A stretch of 63,914 nucleotides of DNA, the filler included, from Octopus bimaculoides (lineage: Eukaryota), in assembly GCF_001194135.2 (NCBI RefSeq). It is 6 parts of 5 records of this genome, joined end to end, with 100 filler letters (N's around TTAATTAATTAA, not from the genome) between each part and the next. Parts side by side here need not be neighbours in the genome. Positions count along the whole stretch, not along the records: positions 17,315 to 36,830 come from NC_068988.1; positions 36,931 to 39,055 come from NC_068986.1; 4 more parts are not named here. One strand, 5' to 3'. The number at the start of each line of letters is the position of its first letter. Position 1 is the first letter of the stretch. The position numbers and the translations under genes were made by a program. The notes under the pieces are model-generated. The model worked only from the letters and a program-made list of their open reading frames with translations. It was not told where the DNA came from and did not search any database. Below are positions 26,045 through 39,045 of the stretch, in pieces.

Positions 26045-26297
26045 TCATCATAGTTACCAGCCACCTTGTTGAATGCCTGGCACGCCGCTCTCCAAGAAAC
26101 TGTTTTACGGCGAACTGGTGGAAGGCATGCGCAAGATGGACAGAAAAAGCGTTTCAGGGAAACACTCAAAGCCCTATTGAAGTGCTTCGAGATCAACCGC
26201 GACACCTGTGAAGAGAAATTGCAAGACCGTCCTGCCTGGCGAAGCTGCACCGACAGAGATGCCACTTTTTATGAACAGAGCAAGAGTGCAGAGTGGG
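26045..26297 (+). mobile_element. RTE-clade LINE 3' coding relic
   Basis: MPGTPLSKKLFYGEL / GQKKRFRETLKALLK...QDRPAWR matches the RTE/BovB-type C-terminus, with frameshifts. Confidence 0.8.
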
Positions 26298-26854
26298 NNN
26301 NNNNNNNNNNNNNNNNNNNNNNNNNNNNNNNNNNNNNNNNNNNNNNNNNNNNNNNNNNNNNNNNNNNNNNNNNNNNNNNNNNNNNNNNNNNNNNNNNNNN
26401 NNNNNNNNNNNNNNNNNNNNNNNNNNNNNNNNNNNNNNNNNNNNNNNNNNNNNNNNNNNNNNNNNNNNNNNTGCACCGACAGAGATGCCACTTTTTATGA
26501 ACAGAGCAAGAGTGCAGAGTGGGTGGGTGGGTGTTGGGGGTCACAAAGAAAACGGTGAACTGTGCAAGTTCAGAGCCAACCCCTTGTCTTCAGTCCAAGT
26601 AGACCACCTGTGCCCGACCTTCGGCTGAGCCTTCCAAGCAGGTATCAGACTGATCGACCTCAACCTGACTCAATGTGCCCCGTCTTCTCCCTTGTGATGC
26701 CCTTAGTCATCGTCGACAACGACGGACGAACAAACTAATAATGATTTCAAATTCTGGCACAAAGACAGCGAAATTTCGAGGGAGGGGGAAAATCGATTAC
26801 ATCGATCTCCATTACTCAAACAGCAATTTAAACTTAACATTGTTTCTAATGTGG

Positions 26855-26920
26855 AGACACATGGCCTAGTGGTTAGAGCAGCGGACTCGCGGTCGAGGGA
26901 TCGCGGGTTAGAATCTCAGC
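26855..26920 (+). mobile_element. tRNA-like SINE head (truncated)
   Basis: tggcctagtggttagagcagcggactcgcggtcgagggatcgcgggttagaatctc; A box, degenerate B box, no complete acceptor stem. Confidence 0.6.
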
Positions 26921-27229
26921 AATACATGTCTGCATATTAGTGATTTGAGTGTGATGATCGTAAGTATGTGGAAAAATGATAGCTATCTAGGATCCTGCTC
27001 AAATGACCAGGCAGCTATGTTTAGAGATTGCAATGCCTGCCCCCTTCCCGAGACCTCCCAATGAAAATTAGAGGGGATTGAAAAAAACTAGCCTTTCAAC
27101 GAAATGTAATGCAAGGAGAAAACCACACCTTTTGGATTTCTATTTAATTGGTAGCAAAAATAAAATAAGAAAAATAAATGATCTGTAAGAATAAACAAGC
27201 CAAAATTATTCGGTGTAAGCAATACTGGA

Positions 27230-28310
27230 AGGCCCGAGCACCGCGCTATGGTGTAGGCATGGTTGCTCTGTCAAAAACACAAAAGAGATGGAGGACGTGA
27301 GTAATATTACAGCTTCTGGTTTGGGAGGTACTGACGTCATACACAATAGAGCTAGTGTCGATCGAGACATCCTGGTGTCTCTTGTCAATAAACTGGAGTT
27401 ACCTCCTGTGACCATATTTGATAGGCTAATGAAGTCGAGACTAGCCCTAACTGTAAATTGAAATGTAACTTACTTTAATGTAACAATGCTCATACGATGA
27501 CATATGAGCAGAACAATGAGGAGGAATTGTATGACACACTACATCAGCGTTTCTCAACCAGGGTTTCCCAGAAACCTAGGGTTTCACAAAAGGTTCCTAG
27601 GGGTTTTGTGAGAAAGAGTGAGATAAGCTAATGCTAATTTCATGATCGTGATATTACTACACGTGCACAAAATATTATTGGTTATTGTAATATTGGTTAT
27701 TGTAATATTGTAATATATAGACATCATCCTATCATGTTATCAAAGAAGTATTAATTTTTTCTTAAACCAGTTACTAATATATATANNNNNNNNNNNNNNN
27801 NNNNNNNNNNNNNNNNNNNNNNNNNNNNNNNNNNNNNNNNNNNNNNNNNNNNNNNNNNNNNNNNNNNNNNNNNNNNNNNNNNNNNNNNNNNNNNNNNNNN
27901 NNNNNNNNNNNNNNNNNNNNNNNNNNNNNNNNNNNNNNNNNNNNNNNNNNNNNNNNNNNNNNNNNNNNNNNNNNNNNNNNNNNNNNNNNNNNNNNNNNNN
28001 NNNNNNNNNNNNNNNNNNNNNNNNNNNNNNNNNNNNNNNNNNNNNNNNNNNNNNNNNNNNNATATATATATATATATATATATATAAATATATGATATTT
28101 ACCGATGAAAAAAATGTGAGAAAGATATGGTATATAATTTTTTTTTGTGCAGGGGTTCCTTGAGACATGTTATTTATTTTAAGGGTTACACAAGGGCAAA
28201 GAATGTTGAGAAACATTGCACTATATAGACAGCTGGACACTGTGCCAATAGGTCATAAGCTGGTTGTCCTCGGAGATTCTAATGCAAAAGTGGGAAAGAA
28301 TACCAGACAT
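27230..28310 (+). mobile_element. RTE LINE AP-endonuclease relic interrupted by a hAT MITE
   Basis: LVNKLELPPVTIFDRLMKSRLAL, then TMTY...EELYDTL, then after the MITE DTVPIGHKLVVLGDSNAKVG (APE LGDFNARVG motif). Confidence 0.7.
27545..28218. mobile_element. hAT-type non-autonomous element (MITE); spans a gap
   Basis: TIRs cagcgtttctcaac / gttgagaaacattg; 8-bp TSD cactacat / cactatat. Confidence 0.85.
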
Positions 28311-28568
28311 AAAAATCTCAACTTCAATTGACAGCTCGTACTTGAACGATGCGACAAACACCTTTTATCTGGTTTTCGAAAAGTAGTTTTACGGCTTCTA
28401 CTATTCCTGGCAAAGAAATGAAAAGAGCATGATTGACTTCAGTGGTATTTGAACTCGGAGAGAAGAAGGCCCGGACCGAATAATACCGCAAAATAATCTA
28501 TCCGACACTGTAGCGATTCAGCCAATTCTCCCAGTAAAATTATGCGCTTGCGTGTGTGTGTGTGTATG

Positions 28569-28604
<36 letters not shown>

Positions 28605-29473
28605 NNNNNNNNNNNNNNNNNNNNNNNNNNNNNNNNNNNNNNNNNNNNNNNNNNNNNNNNNNNNNNNNNNNNNNNNNNNNNNNNNNNNNNNNNNNNNNNN
28701 NNNNNNNNNNNNNNNNNNNNNNNNNNNNNNNNNNNNNNNNNNNNNNNNNNNNNNNNNNNNNNNNNNNNNNNNNNNNNNNNNNNNNNNNNNNNNNNNNNNN
28801 NNNNNNNNNNNNNNNNNNNNNNNNNNNNNNNNNNNNNNNNNNNNNNNNNNNNNNNNNNNNNNNNNNNNNNNNNNNNNNNNNNNNNNNNNNNNNNNNNNNN
28901 NNNNNNNNNNNNNNNNNNNNNNNNNNNNNNNNNNNNNNNNNNNNNNNNNNNNNNNNNNNNNNNNNNNNNNNNNNNNNNNNNNNNNNNNNNNNNNNNNNNN
29001 NNNNNNNNNNNNNNNNNNNNNNNNNNNNNNNNNNNNNNNNNNNNNNNNNNNNNNNNNNNNNNNNNNNNNNNNNNNNNNNNNNNNNNNNNNNNNNNNNNNN
29101 NNNNNNNNNNNNNNNNNNNNNNNNNNNNNNNNNNNNNNNNNNNNNNNNNNNNNNNNNNNNNNNNNNNNNNNNNNNNNNNNNNNNNNNNNNNNNNNNNNNN
29201 NNNNNNNNNNNNNNNNNNNNNNNNNNNNNNNNNNNNNNNNNNNNNNNNNNNNNNNNNNNNNNNNNNNNNNNNNNNNNNNNNNNNNNNNNNNNNNNNNNNN
29301 NNNNNNNNNNNNNNNNNNNNNNNNNNNNNNNNNNNNNNNNNNNNNNNNNNNNNNNNNNNNNNNNNNNNNNNNNNNNNNNNNNNNNNNNNNNNNNNNNNNN
29401 NNNNNNNNNNNNNNNNNNNNNNNNNNNNNNNNNNNNNNNNNNNNNNNNNNNNNNNNNNNNNNNNNNNNNNNNN

Positions 29474-29512
<39 letters not shown>

Positions 29513-29542
29513 GTCTATCTATCTATCTATCTAGCCGTCTTT

Positions 29543-29581
<39 letters not shown>

Positions 29582-30211
29582 TATGCATATCTATATACAC
29601 ATCTATATATTTATACATATACATATGTATATATGCATATATATACATATTTTTATATACATACATCTATATATAGATGTTTGTACACGCACACACCACA
29701 TACATATGAATATGTTAGTGTAAGTGTCTCTCTATGTGTATATGCATGTATATCACTTTATTTGTGTCTTCGTTCTAAGTTGTTAGTATCGCGATGCGTA
29801 AGTGAAATATTAATATATGTGTGTGTGTGTGTGCGCGCGCGCGTGTGCATACGTATACACACACACAGACACACACACACACACACACACACACAGAGAC
29901 ACACACTCACACACACACACACATTGTCTTTCCCTGGTATGTCAGATAGGTTATCTTTATGAGACAGCATCAACTGTAAACTTTGGCGCATTCTTGAATT
30001 ATTGATTCCCTGAATAGGAACGGTACCGTTAATCTACACAAGTTATATCCTCTGCTAATGCAGGCTCCCCTGCTGCTCTTTTGAAACAGGTAACTAACTC
30101 TGTCATCATTATTGTCGCCGTCGTCATCATCATCATCATCATCATCTCCACCACCACTATCAACAAACACTTTCCCCAAATTCCAGGCATTGTGTAAATG
30201 CTTGGAAAAAT

Positions 30212-30425
30212 TCAGCCGGCGAGCTGGCAGAATCGGTAGAACGTCAGAATATGCCCAGTGGTATTTGTTCGGTATCTTCACATTCTGAGATCAAATCCTA
30301 CCGGGGGTCTGCTCTGTCATACATCTCTTCGAAGTCGATAAAATGAAATACGAGTCAGATGCTGGGATGATGATATCGACTAACCCCTTTCTCCCAAAAT
30401 GCTCTACTTATACCCAAATTAGAAC
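30212..30425 (+). mobile_element. SINE family B
   Basis: ggcgagctggcagaatcggtagaacg...ttctgagatcaaatcc. Confidence 0.7.
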
Positions 30426-32532
30426 CCTCACTGCTTGTCTGACGGCAGAAAGTGCGTTCACTCTGCGTCAGGTTTACATTTTCTTGCGTGTCTCTTTGTT
30501 GGAGATGCAGTCTTTGGTAAAAGCCAAGATGGCATAATCGATAGGGTGAGTAGAGGAAGGTTGCAGAAGCAAATACAGAGTCTACTGTTCTTGTATGGTT
30601 CTTGATAAAGGTTTTGATTTCAATGTGTGTGATGTTTATGCTATGTTTACAGAACTATGATTCAAGGTGTTACAGAACTATGATTCAATGTGTGTGGGGT
30701 TTTGGGGTTTATGCTTTGTTAGCAGAACTATGATTCAAGGTGTCCCAGCTCTAACAATCCCATTTTTATTCTCAAACATGGACTATATTAGTTTATATTA
30801 TCTTTCTTTTCTTTAAACCAATAAGTTTCAATTTGAGGGCTATTTGGCTGGTATTTCTATTAGGTAGGCTGATGATAAGCATATGATGGTGATAAATATC
30901 GGACGAGAGAGTAGGAAAAAGTAAAGATGTTTTGTCGTGTGGTGAAACAGAGGAGAGAATAGTTTCGGGCAGGGAACTTTGTCAAATAAATCCGGAAGGT
31001 TATTTTAAACAAAGAAAACCGAAATAACATTTCAATGAAAAAAAAAATGAAAAAAAATGAAAATGTATTTAAAAAAAACAAAAAAAACAAAAAAACAAAG
31101 CAATATATTTAAACCGGAAAGACATTCCAAGCTATGAAAACTTGAAGGCTGTTTTTAACGATGAATAACCACGAATAACAATCCATAAAAAAAAAGAAAG
31201 AAAAAGAAAAAGAAATCAGGAGAATATTTTGAGCAAGACAACTGGAAAAACGTTGTATTCAAAGAAAGCCGGAAATGCATTTTAATTAAAAGAAACCTGG
31301 AAGGAGATTTTAATTAAAGAAAACAAGAACGAGATTTTAAGCAAAGAAAACGGAAAGATGTTCGGGACAAGCAAGGTATGTTGTTTTCGTTGTTGTTGTA
31401 GATCGGCCCCGAGTAAGATTTGATCGAGTAGATTTATGATCAAAGGCCTTTCACCTTTGACCCTCTTACCTTTCTGTGTATATAGAACTGCTGTATTTAA
31501 TGTATCTCTTCTTAATTTTTAGACATCAGATTGTAATTTGAGAGATATTTGATTGCAGTTTCTTGTCGGAAAGGCCGAGATACTGCACAAAGGGCCCCTC
31601 GTTAACTCGGAGTATGTAGAGAACTGACGCACCGGACTATATCAGGCAGAAACACCGGTTTCTAACAACGAAGCTCTTAACTGGGCGAAGAAGCTTGTAT
31701 GCGGTCGTTCGAAGTACTAGCAAATTCTCCGCTGAAAACATATGGTACCGTTCTAAAAAAGGAAGGATAAACTGGACAAGGAGGGTTTAGATATACTCTA
31801 TCTGAAACTGGGATGGTTACAAGCAGATTGTATTTGTTTTAGGTCTTTCTGATCAAAATTGATCAATGTCTAGACGAGCACGTTAAATAAAACAATAAAA
31901 AGAACAAGAATAAGGATTAGAATTAACAACAACAACAACAACTACAAGGTGCGGGAGAAATACATCCCACATTTTAAACTTTCACCTGTGTTGTTAATGA
32001 ACTGGTGCAAGTGACAATGATATTTTTATTTAGCTAATGAACAAAAAAACTGTAACCCTTTCTTTAAACAACAGTAAAATTAATTTTTCATAAATGTTGT
32101 TTCTTTCCCTTTTGTCAACCTCTCAAATGTGGGAGGTATTTCTGTCGCACCCTGTACAACACCAAAAAGCTGTTAGTGAACCGACTCTTTCCAATCAATG
32201 TATAGCGAAGCAAATTCTTGATTGTTTTTTTTTCTATCTTTTATCAATATACACCTTTTCACATTTTATTTCGAACCAGATTCTTGGCTATATAATCTAA
32301 ACCATTTCTATCCAACCAAATTTAGTGACAAAAGATATACAGAGACAAAAGTTAGCACAGCGCTGGCACACCAGATCTTACAAACCTGCAAGTTTTAGTG
32401 ACGAATTGATTGACGATATAATTAGCATAACGTCAACAAACAAGACCATCATTATTTAAAAATTTTTGGCTACAAAACAAATAAAGCGACAAGATAGTTC
32501 TCTTGTCTAACAACTATATTTTTGTTATTCAA

Positions 32533-32745
32533 GGCGGCAGGCTGGCAGAAACGTTAGCACACCGGGCAAAATGCTTAGCGGTATTTCATCTGTCTTTACG
32601 TTCTGAGTCCAAATTCCGCCGAGATCGACTTAGCCTTTCATCCTTTCGGGGTCGATAAATCAAGTACCAGTTGCGTACCGGGCTCGATCTAATCGACTGG
32701 CCCCCCTCCCCCAAAATTTCGGGTCTTGTGCCTTGAGTAGAAAAG
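32533..32745 (+). mobile_element. SINE family B, full length
   Basis: ggcggcaggctggcagaaacgttagc...gagtccaaattccgccgag...cctttcggggtcgataaatcaagtaccag...gtagaaaag. Confidence 0.9.
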
Positions 32746-33504
32746 TATATTTTTGTTGTCCAATCAAATCTCTTGCCGATTGACGAACGTTGGCTTATTC
32801 ACATTACTAACAAGGAACCAAAGGTGTTGGAATGGAAGGAAGAATAATTTATTTACATTACAGGCATGGTTGTGCGGTTAAGACACTCGCTTTGCAACCA
32901 CATGGCTTCGGGTTCAATCCCACTGCACGATACATTGGGCAAGATGTATTTTAATCCCGGGAGCCGACTAATGCTTTGTGATCGAATTTGGTTAATGGAA
33001 ATTGTGTGGAATCTCTCCNNNNNNNNNNNNNNNNNNNNNNNNNNNNNNNNNNNNNNNNNNNNNNNNNNNNNNNNNNNNNNNNNNNNNNNNNNNNNNNNNN
33101 NNNNNNNNNNNNNNNNNNNNNNNNNNNNNNNNNNNNNNNNNNNNNNNNNNNNNNNNNNNNNNNNNNNNNNNNNNNNNNNNNNNNNNNNNNNNNNNNNNNN
33201 NNNNNNNNNNNNNNNNNNNNNNNNNNNNNNNNNNNNNNNNNNNNNNNNNNNNNNNNNNNNNNNNNNNNNNNNNNNNNNNNNNNNNNNNNNNNNNNNNNNN
33301 NNNNNNNNNNNNNNNNNNNNNNNNNNNNNNNNNNNNNNNNNNNNNNNNNNNNNNNNNNNNNNNNNNNNNNNNNNNNNNNNNNNNNNTGTGTGTGTGTGTG
33401 TGTGTGTGTGTATAGGGAGAATTCACAAAAAACTCAAAAGACGAAGTCAGGTGGTGTAGACAACGAACAGATGTATTAGTTTAATGCGTGGGAAGTGAAA
33501 AAGT

Positions 33505-33540
33505 CTTTAACGTTTCGAGCCTACGCTCTTCCACAGAAAG
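33505..33540 (-). ncRNA. Minimal hammerhead variant (CUGUGGA core) in a Penelope-type terminal repeat
   Basis: Minus strand: cttt-CTGTGGA-a-gagc(gtag)gctc-GAAAC-GTT/aaag; stems I and II perfect; A6>U. Confidence 0.65.
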
Positions 33541-34165
33541 GAATACAGAAAGAAACAAGGAGAGAAAATAAAGAATGTGTAATGGCTAGCGATCTGTCAT
33601 GGCGAATACCGGACAGAGGGGTCACACGGATCTGTTACTGGGATCAATTCGGCACCCCCATATATCCCCTTTAAATTCTGAATTGTAATTTTTATTATTA
33701 TAGTGTTAAATGCTGTTAAAGTAATCCTTCTTATTCTACATTAACTTTAAGCTAAAGTGTGATTTATGCTGATCTTTCAGACTATTATGTTCCACTGGCT
33801 GTGTTGTTTGTTGCCACATCTTTCTGAACAAAATGGCCGACAGAAAATGAAGACGTCTATCATCACGTACGAGCCAATTTGGTCCTGCTTTCCGTTTTAA
33901 AACTTTTATTTATTTAGCATTAAAATAGCAGTAATATCAACAAATAATATGCTTAAAAACTAAGGAAACAGGAAAATATTTTCAACACTTTTTACTCATT
34001 AAAAAACAAAAGAGAAAAACGAAAACAAAAATTGAGTAATGTTTCTACGTATTGCATAGAAATACGCACATGATACAGCTGTTTGCACCAAGGGAAAAAC
34101 GCGGTAGTTCCGCCTTCCCTTGATGATCTAAGCACGAGTTTATATTGTTTAATTACACACACACA

Positions 34166-34215
<50 letters not shown>

Positions 34216-34373
34216 AACACACATACGCATGTATGTATACGTATATCTATTTGTGTATATATATTCGTATATGTGTATCTTTATGTGTATATATGTGCAT
34301 ATATGTATGCATCGATGTATATACGTATATATATATACACACATGCACACACAAACACACACATACACACAAG

Positions 34374-34413
<40 letters not shown>

Positions 34414-34572
34414 GATGTATATACGTATGTATATATACATATATATTCTTTTATATATATATATACAGTATACATATATAATATATATATATATATAAAT
34501 AAAAGAATATATATATATGTATATATACACATAGATACACATACACATACATATATATGCACTTACATATAT

Positions 34573-34607
<35 letters not shown>

Positions 34608-34626
34608 CATACTTACATATATATAC

Positions 34627-34679
<53 letters not shown>

Positions 34680-34719
34680 TAAAAGAATATATATATGTAT
34701 AAATACACATATATACGCA

Positions 34720-34756
<37 letters not shown>

Positions 34757-35246
34757 ACACACACACACACACACGCATATGAAATAGCAAGCAAGAAAGA
34801 GGCAGAAAGGGAGAAAGATTGATGGGGGAGAGACGTGAGCTCAAATGTTTGCTAGTCAGTGCAACACACCTATTAGCCACGAGTAAATATACACACGCAA
34901 TAATACAGATATTGCTCTGCTGGAGAGACGCAGACGCACATATCATGTAATCAAATATACGTATTCTTGTCTAGACAAACACTTGCGCCAGGGAGACAAA
35001 ACTCACACTCATGGATAGTCACATTATATAAAATACACACAACGCACACACAATCATGTGTGTGCAAAACACGTTTAATATGCATTAGAATGTGCAGTGG
35101 GAGTTAGAGAAACACTAAACCGAACATCTTGGTTTCTCATATCTGCTGTGTTATAAAAAGTGTGTGTGAGCGCATATATGTCATATATATCATCATCCAT
35201 ACATCCTCCACCTATACGTACATTCACACACACACACAAACACACA

Positions 35247-35304
<58 letters not shown>

Positions 35305-35788
35305 NNNNNNNNNNNNNNNNNNNNNNNNNNNNNNNNNNNNNNNNNNNNNNNNNNNNNNNNNNNNNNNNNNNNNNNNNNNNNNNNNNNNNNNNNNNNNNNN
35401 NNNNNNNNNNNNNNNNNNNNNNNNNNNNNNNNNNNNNNNNNNNNNNNNNNNNNNNNNNNNNNNNNNNNNNNNNNNNNNNNNNNNNNNNNNNNNNNNNNNN
35501 NNNNNNNNNNNNNNNNNNNNNNNNNNNNNNNNNNNNNNNNNNNNNNNNNNNNNNNNNNNNNNNNNNNNNNNNNNNNNNNNNNNNNNNNNNNNNNNNNNNN
35601 NNNNNNNNNNNNNNNNNNNNNNNNNNNNNNNNNNNNNNNNNNNNNNNNNNNNNNNNNNNNNNNNNNNNNNNNNNNNNNNNNNNNNNNNNNNNNNNNNNNN
35701 NNNNNNNNNNNNNNNNNNNNNNNNNNNNNNNNNNNNNNNNNNNNNNNNNNNNNNNNNNNNNNNNNNNNNNNNNNNNNNNNNNNNNNNN

Positions 35789-35822
<34 letters not shown>

Positions 35823-35829
35823 CATACTT

Positions 35830-36070
35830 ATATGTATATATGTACATATTTCTTTGTGTGTCTGTGTTTGTCCCCCACCATCGCTTGACAACCAATGTTG
35901 GTGTGTTTACGTCCCCGTAACTTAGCGGTTCGGCAAAAGCAACTGATAGAATAAGTACTAGACTTACAAAGAATAAATCCAAAGAATAAATAAGTCGATT
36001 TATTCGACTAAAGGCGGTGCTCCAGTATGACCGCAGTCAAATGACAGAAACAATTAAAAGGATAAAAGAA
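35830..36070 (+). mobile_element. SINE family A, 3' half
   Basis: tgtttgtcccccaccatcgcttgacaacc...gactaaaggcggtgctccag. Confidence 0.85.
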
Positions 36071-36939
36071 TACATAATATATATATGTGTATGTGTGTAT
36101 ATTTGCTACATGCAAACATGCATACATATACATATATATGTGTATGTTTGTGTGTGACTGTATTTATGTGTGTATGTTGTGTGCGCGTGTGCGACAATAA
36201 AACAGCTGAAAGCAGTTAAAATGTCCTGTGGCGTTAATTTTCTGTAAGATATGTAAGTCTACACCATCGCTTGACAACTCTCATTTTCCCCTGGCAGCAC
36301 CGACACCTCCAATACCTACTAATCACCGTCGTCACTCTGTCACTACCGCCTTCAAACTACAATTAACACCAATATTATCAAACACCCATGTCGTTGAAAG
36401 TGCTAGAAATTACTGCCCTAGGCGCAGGCGTGGTGAGTTGGTAAGAAGTTTGTTTCCCAACCATATGGTTGGGAAATGTCTTCCATTATAGTCCAGGGAC
36501 GACCGAAGCCTTGTTAGTGGATTTGTAAGACGGAAACTAAAAGGAGCCCGTCGGATATATCTCTCTTTAATCTTTACTCTTTTACTTGTTTCAGTCATTT
36601 GACTGTGGCCATGCTGGAGCACTGCCTTTAGTCGAGCAAATCGACCCCAAGACCTATTCTTTGTAAACCTAGTAAACACACCAACATCAGTTGTCAAGCG
36701 ATGGTGGGGTGGAGACAAACACAGACACACAAACATATATATATATATATATCGTTCTCTGTTGCCGTACCGCTAACTTACGGGGATATAAACACACCAA
36801 CATTGTTTGTCAAAAGGTTGGCCACACTACNNNNNNNNNNNNNNNNNNNNNNNNNNNNNNNNNNNNNNNNNNNNTTAATTAATTAANNNNNNNNNNNNNN
36901 NNNNNNNNNNNNNNNNNNNNNNNNNNNNNNTGCGATAGG

Positions 36940-36979
<40 letters not shown>

Positions 36980-37749
36980 AGAATTACACTTGAGTACAGA
37001 CACACGCACACGAAGATAGAAACACAAAGAGAACTACGTGGACACACCTTTAAAAAATCGCGCACACACACACACACATTTGGGATGAATTCGATCACAC
37101 GGCAGAGAAAAGAAAACGCACGCAGACAGACCACACACACAGATAAACAAGCTTGGGTAAACATAAACATGCAAAGAGCTATCACATTCATACACATTAA
37201 CATGTATTTACACATTTATATACACTTTATATGATAACGGCTATTAGCTAGCAATGTACACAACAAAATAGTTGGGATCTTTCAAAGAACAGGCGATCGA
37301 ATCTTATTTGCCCCGTCATCTTCCGTTCATTTAAATAAGTTTGCTTTATATATTTATGAATCTCTCAGCTATTTCGACGATGACGATTCAATCAACCGAG
37401 TTACCAACTCATTGAATGTGTAAGCCGCTTAGTGCTCTACAAAAAGTTATCTTTGCCATAGCCCTCTGGCGGAATTCGTGTGACACGGAGCGAGACAAAA
37501 CTGAACCTTTGAATAAATCATAGTCCATCTGACACAATTTCCGTCAACCCATTTTCACTGAGTGGGCTCGGGTGGTTTCGATGTTGTTGAGGACACTAAG
37601 ATGCCAGGCAGGAGAAGCGAATCTACGACAACGTAATACAGAGCGAATGTCTTAACCATTCGGTCATGCTTCCATACACACAATCAACCATTATCATAGA
37701 ATTCACATGTAAGTCAGTAAAAAGTCTCCTGAAATAGGACATATATATT

Positions 37750-37963
37750 CTTTTCTACTCTGGGCACAAGGCCCGAACGTTTTGGGAAGGAGGCCATTCG
37801 ATTAGATCGAAACTCAGTACGCAACTGGTACTTAATTTATCGACTCCGAAAGGATGAAAAGCAAAGTTGACATCGGCGGAATTTGAACTCAGAACTTGAA
37901 GTCAGACGAAATACCGCTAAGTATTTCGCCCGGCGTGCTAACGTTTCTGCCTGCTCGCCGCCT
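37750..37963 (-). mobile_element. SINE family B, full length
   Basis: Reverse complement of the 32533-32745 copy. Confidence 0.9.
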
Positions 37964-38699
37964 TAGAACATATATATTACACCTAATCACAAACAGAAAA
38001 TGTTACAAAACACATGAGAGCTAAAAACCTTCTCGTTAACTTGAAACAACAAACCTGTGAACTACAGAACAAAATTCAGAGAACTAGTGTAATGGATGTA
38101 AATATGAAAGTTGTGAACTTCATGAGTCAAACTATTGGATCGAACAAAAACTTCTGCATTTTTTCATTGGTTGACCATGTATTCACTGAGCGTCATGGCA
38201 AAACATTATCAGACAGAACACGAAACAAAATTAGAAAACAATTCAGTTTAAAACATTAGCATCGTACATGAAAAATTATCTACAGAAGTTTTCCACTAAG
38301 AAATTATCGATGGAAATTTTAGTAATCGTTAAATTAAAAACGAAAATTAATACAAAAATAAAACACGTGGAATGAACTACAGAAATTAAAAGGATTTAAC
38401 TTTTAGGCAATTTTAAAATTCGTCCATGATGATTTTTAACATTTACATCATTCCAACGATCCCATGTTGCCTATTACTAAACGAAGTGACAAACATGTCG
38501 TTTCTTTCAGAAAATGGAATTGAGGTTTTGAAATGCTAACGGAATTAAGAATGTCATTCTTCCAAACCAAACATAAGGACATAATAAGTTTATATGGAAT
38601 ACCTTTGATATAAAATTATTAAACTCCAACACAATAGGATTTTCAATACAACATTATTGGGAGAAAACCTGTTCCATATGCATATAAGCATGTGAGGGG

Positions 38700-39045
38700 T
38701 GAGAAAGTACGATGCATTCTCTTCTTCGACTCGGAAAAGGTCTTTAACGGTTGCCAAGAGAAGTCATGTGGATGGTTCTTCATGTGTTTGATTGCCCGAC
38801 CCCACAGCACGTCACTGCTTCAAGTATCATCGAATCCAAGTCTCAAAACTGTTTCCAATGTTATATGTGTGTGACTTTCAAGTATCTACACTCTTCTCCT
38901 TGTATTTGTCTGCGATGCCTTCTAAACTTCTCCGAGACAATCCGAGTATTGCTATCAAATACCATTTCAGTGATTCGATCTCAATGATGCTCCAATCTCC
39001 AATGCAACTCATACCTTTAATGCACATGTGACAATGCTACCTCTG
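38700..39045 (+). mobile_element. RTE LINE reverse-transcriptase relic
   Basis: ILFFDSEKVF / PREVMWMVLHVFDCP / STLFSLYLSAM ~ RT motifs FxDLEKAFD, PTLFSLY; frameshifted. Confidence 0.8.

Noticed and set aside
26247-26522. ~50-bp sequence repeated on both sides of a gap
   Set aside because: Most likely an unresolved contig overlap rather than a true tandem repeat.
30455-30546. Signal-peptide-like frame LHFLACLFVGDAVFG ending at gtgagt
   Set aside because: In-frame stop upstream and no ATG or good acceptor.
37359-37409. Possible small exon YFDDDDSINRVTNSLN between ctctcag and gtaagc
   Set aside because: No match to the STIM EF-hand or any known motif, and no supporting neighbouring exons.
38014-38560. 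81-aa ORF and SFLSENGIEVLK motif suggesting a Tc1 relic
   Set aside because: Too little similarity and no TIRs found.
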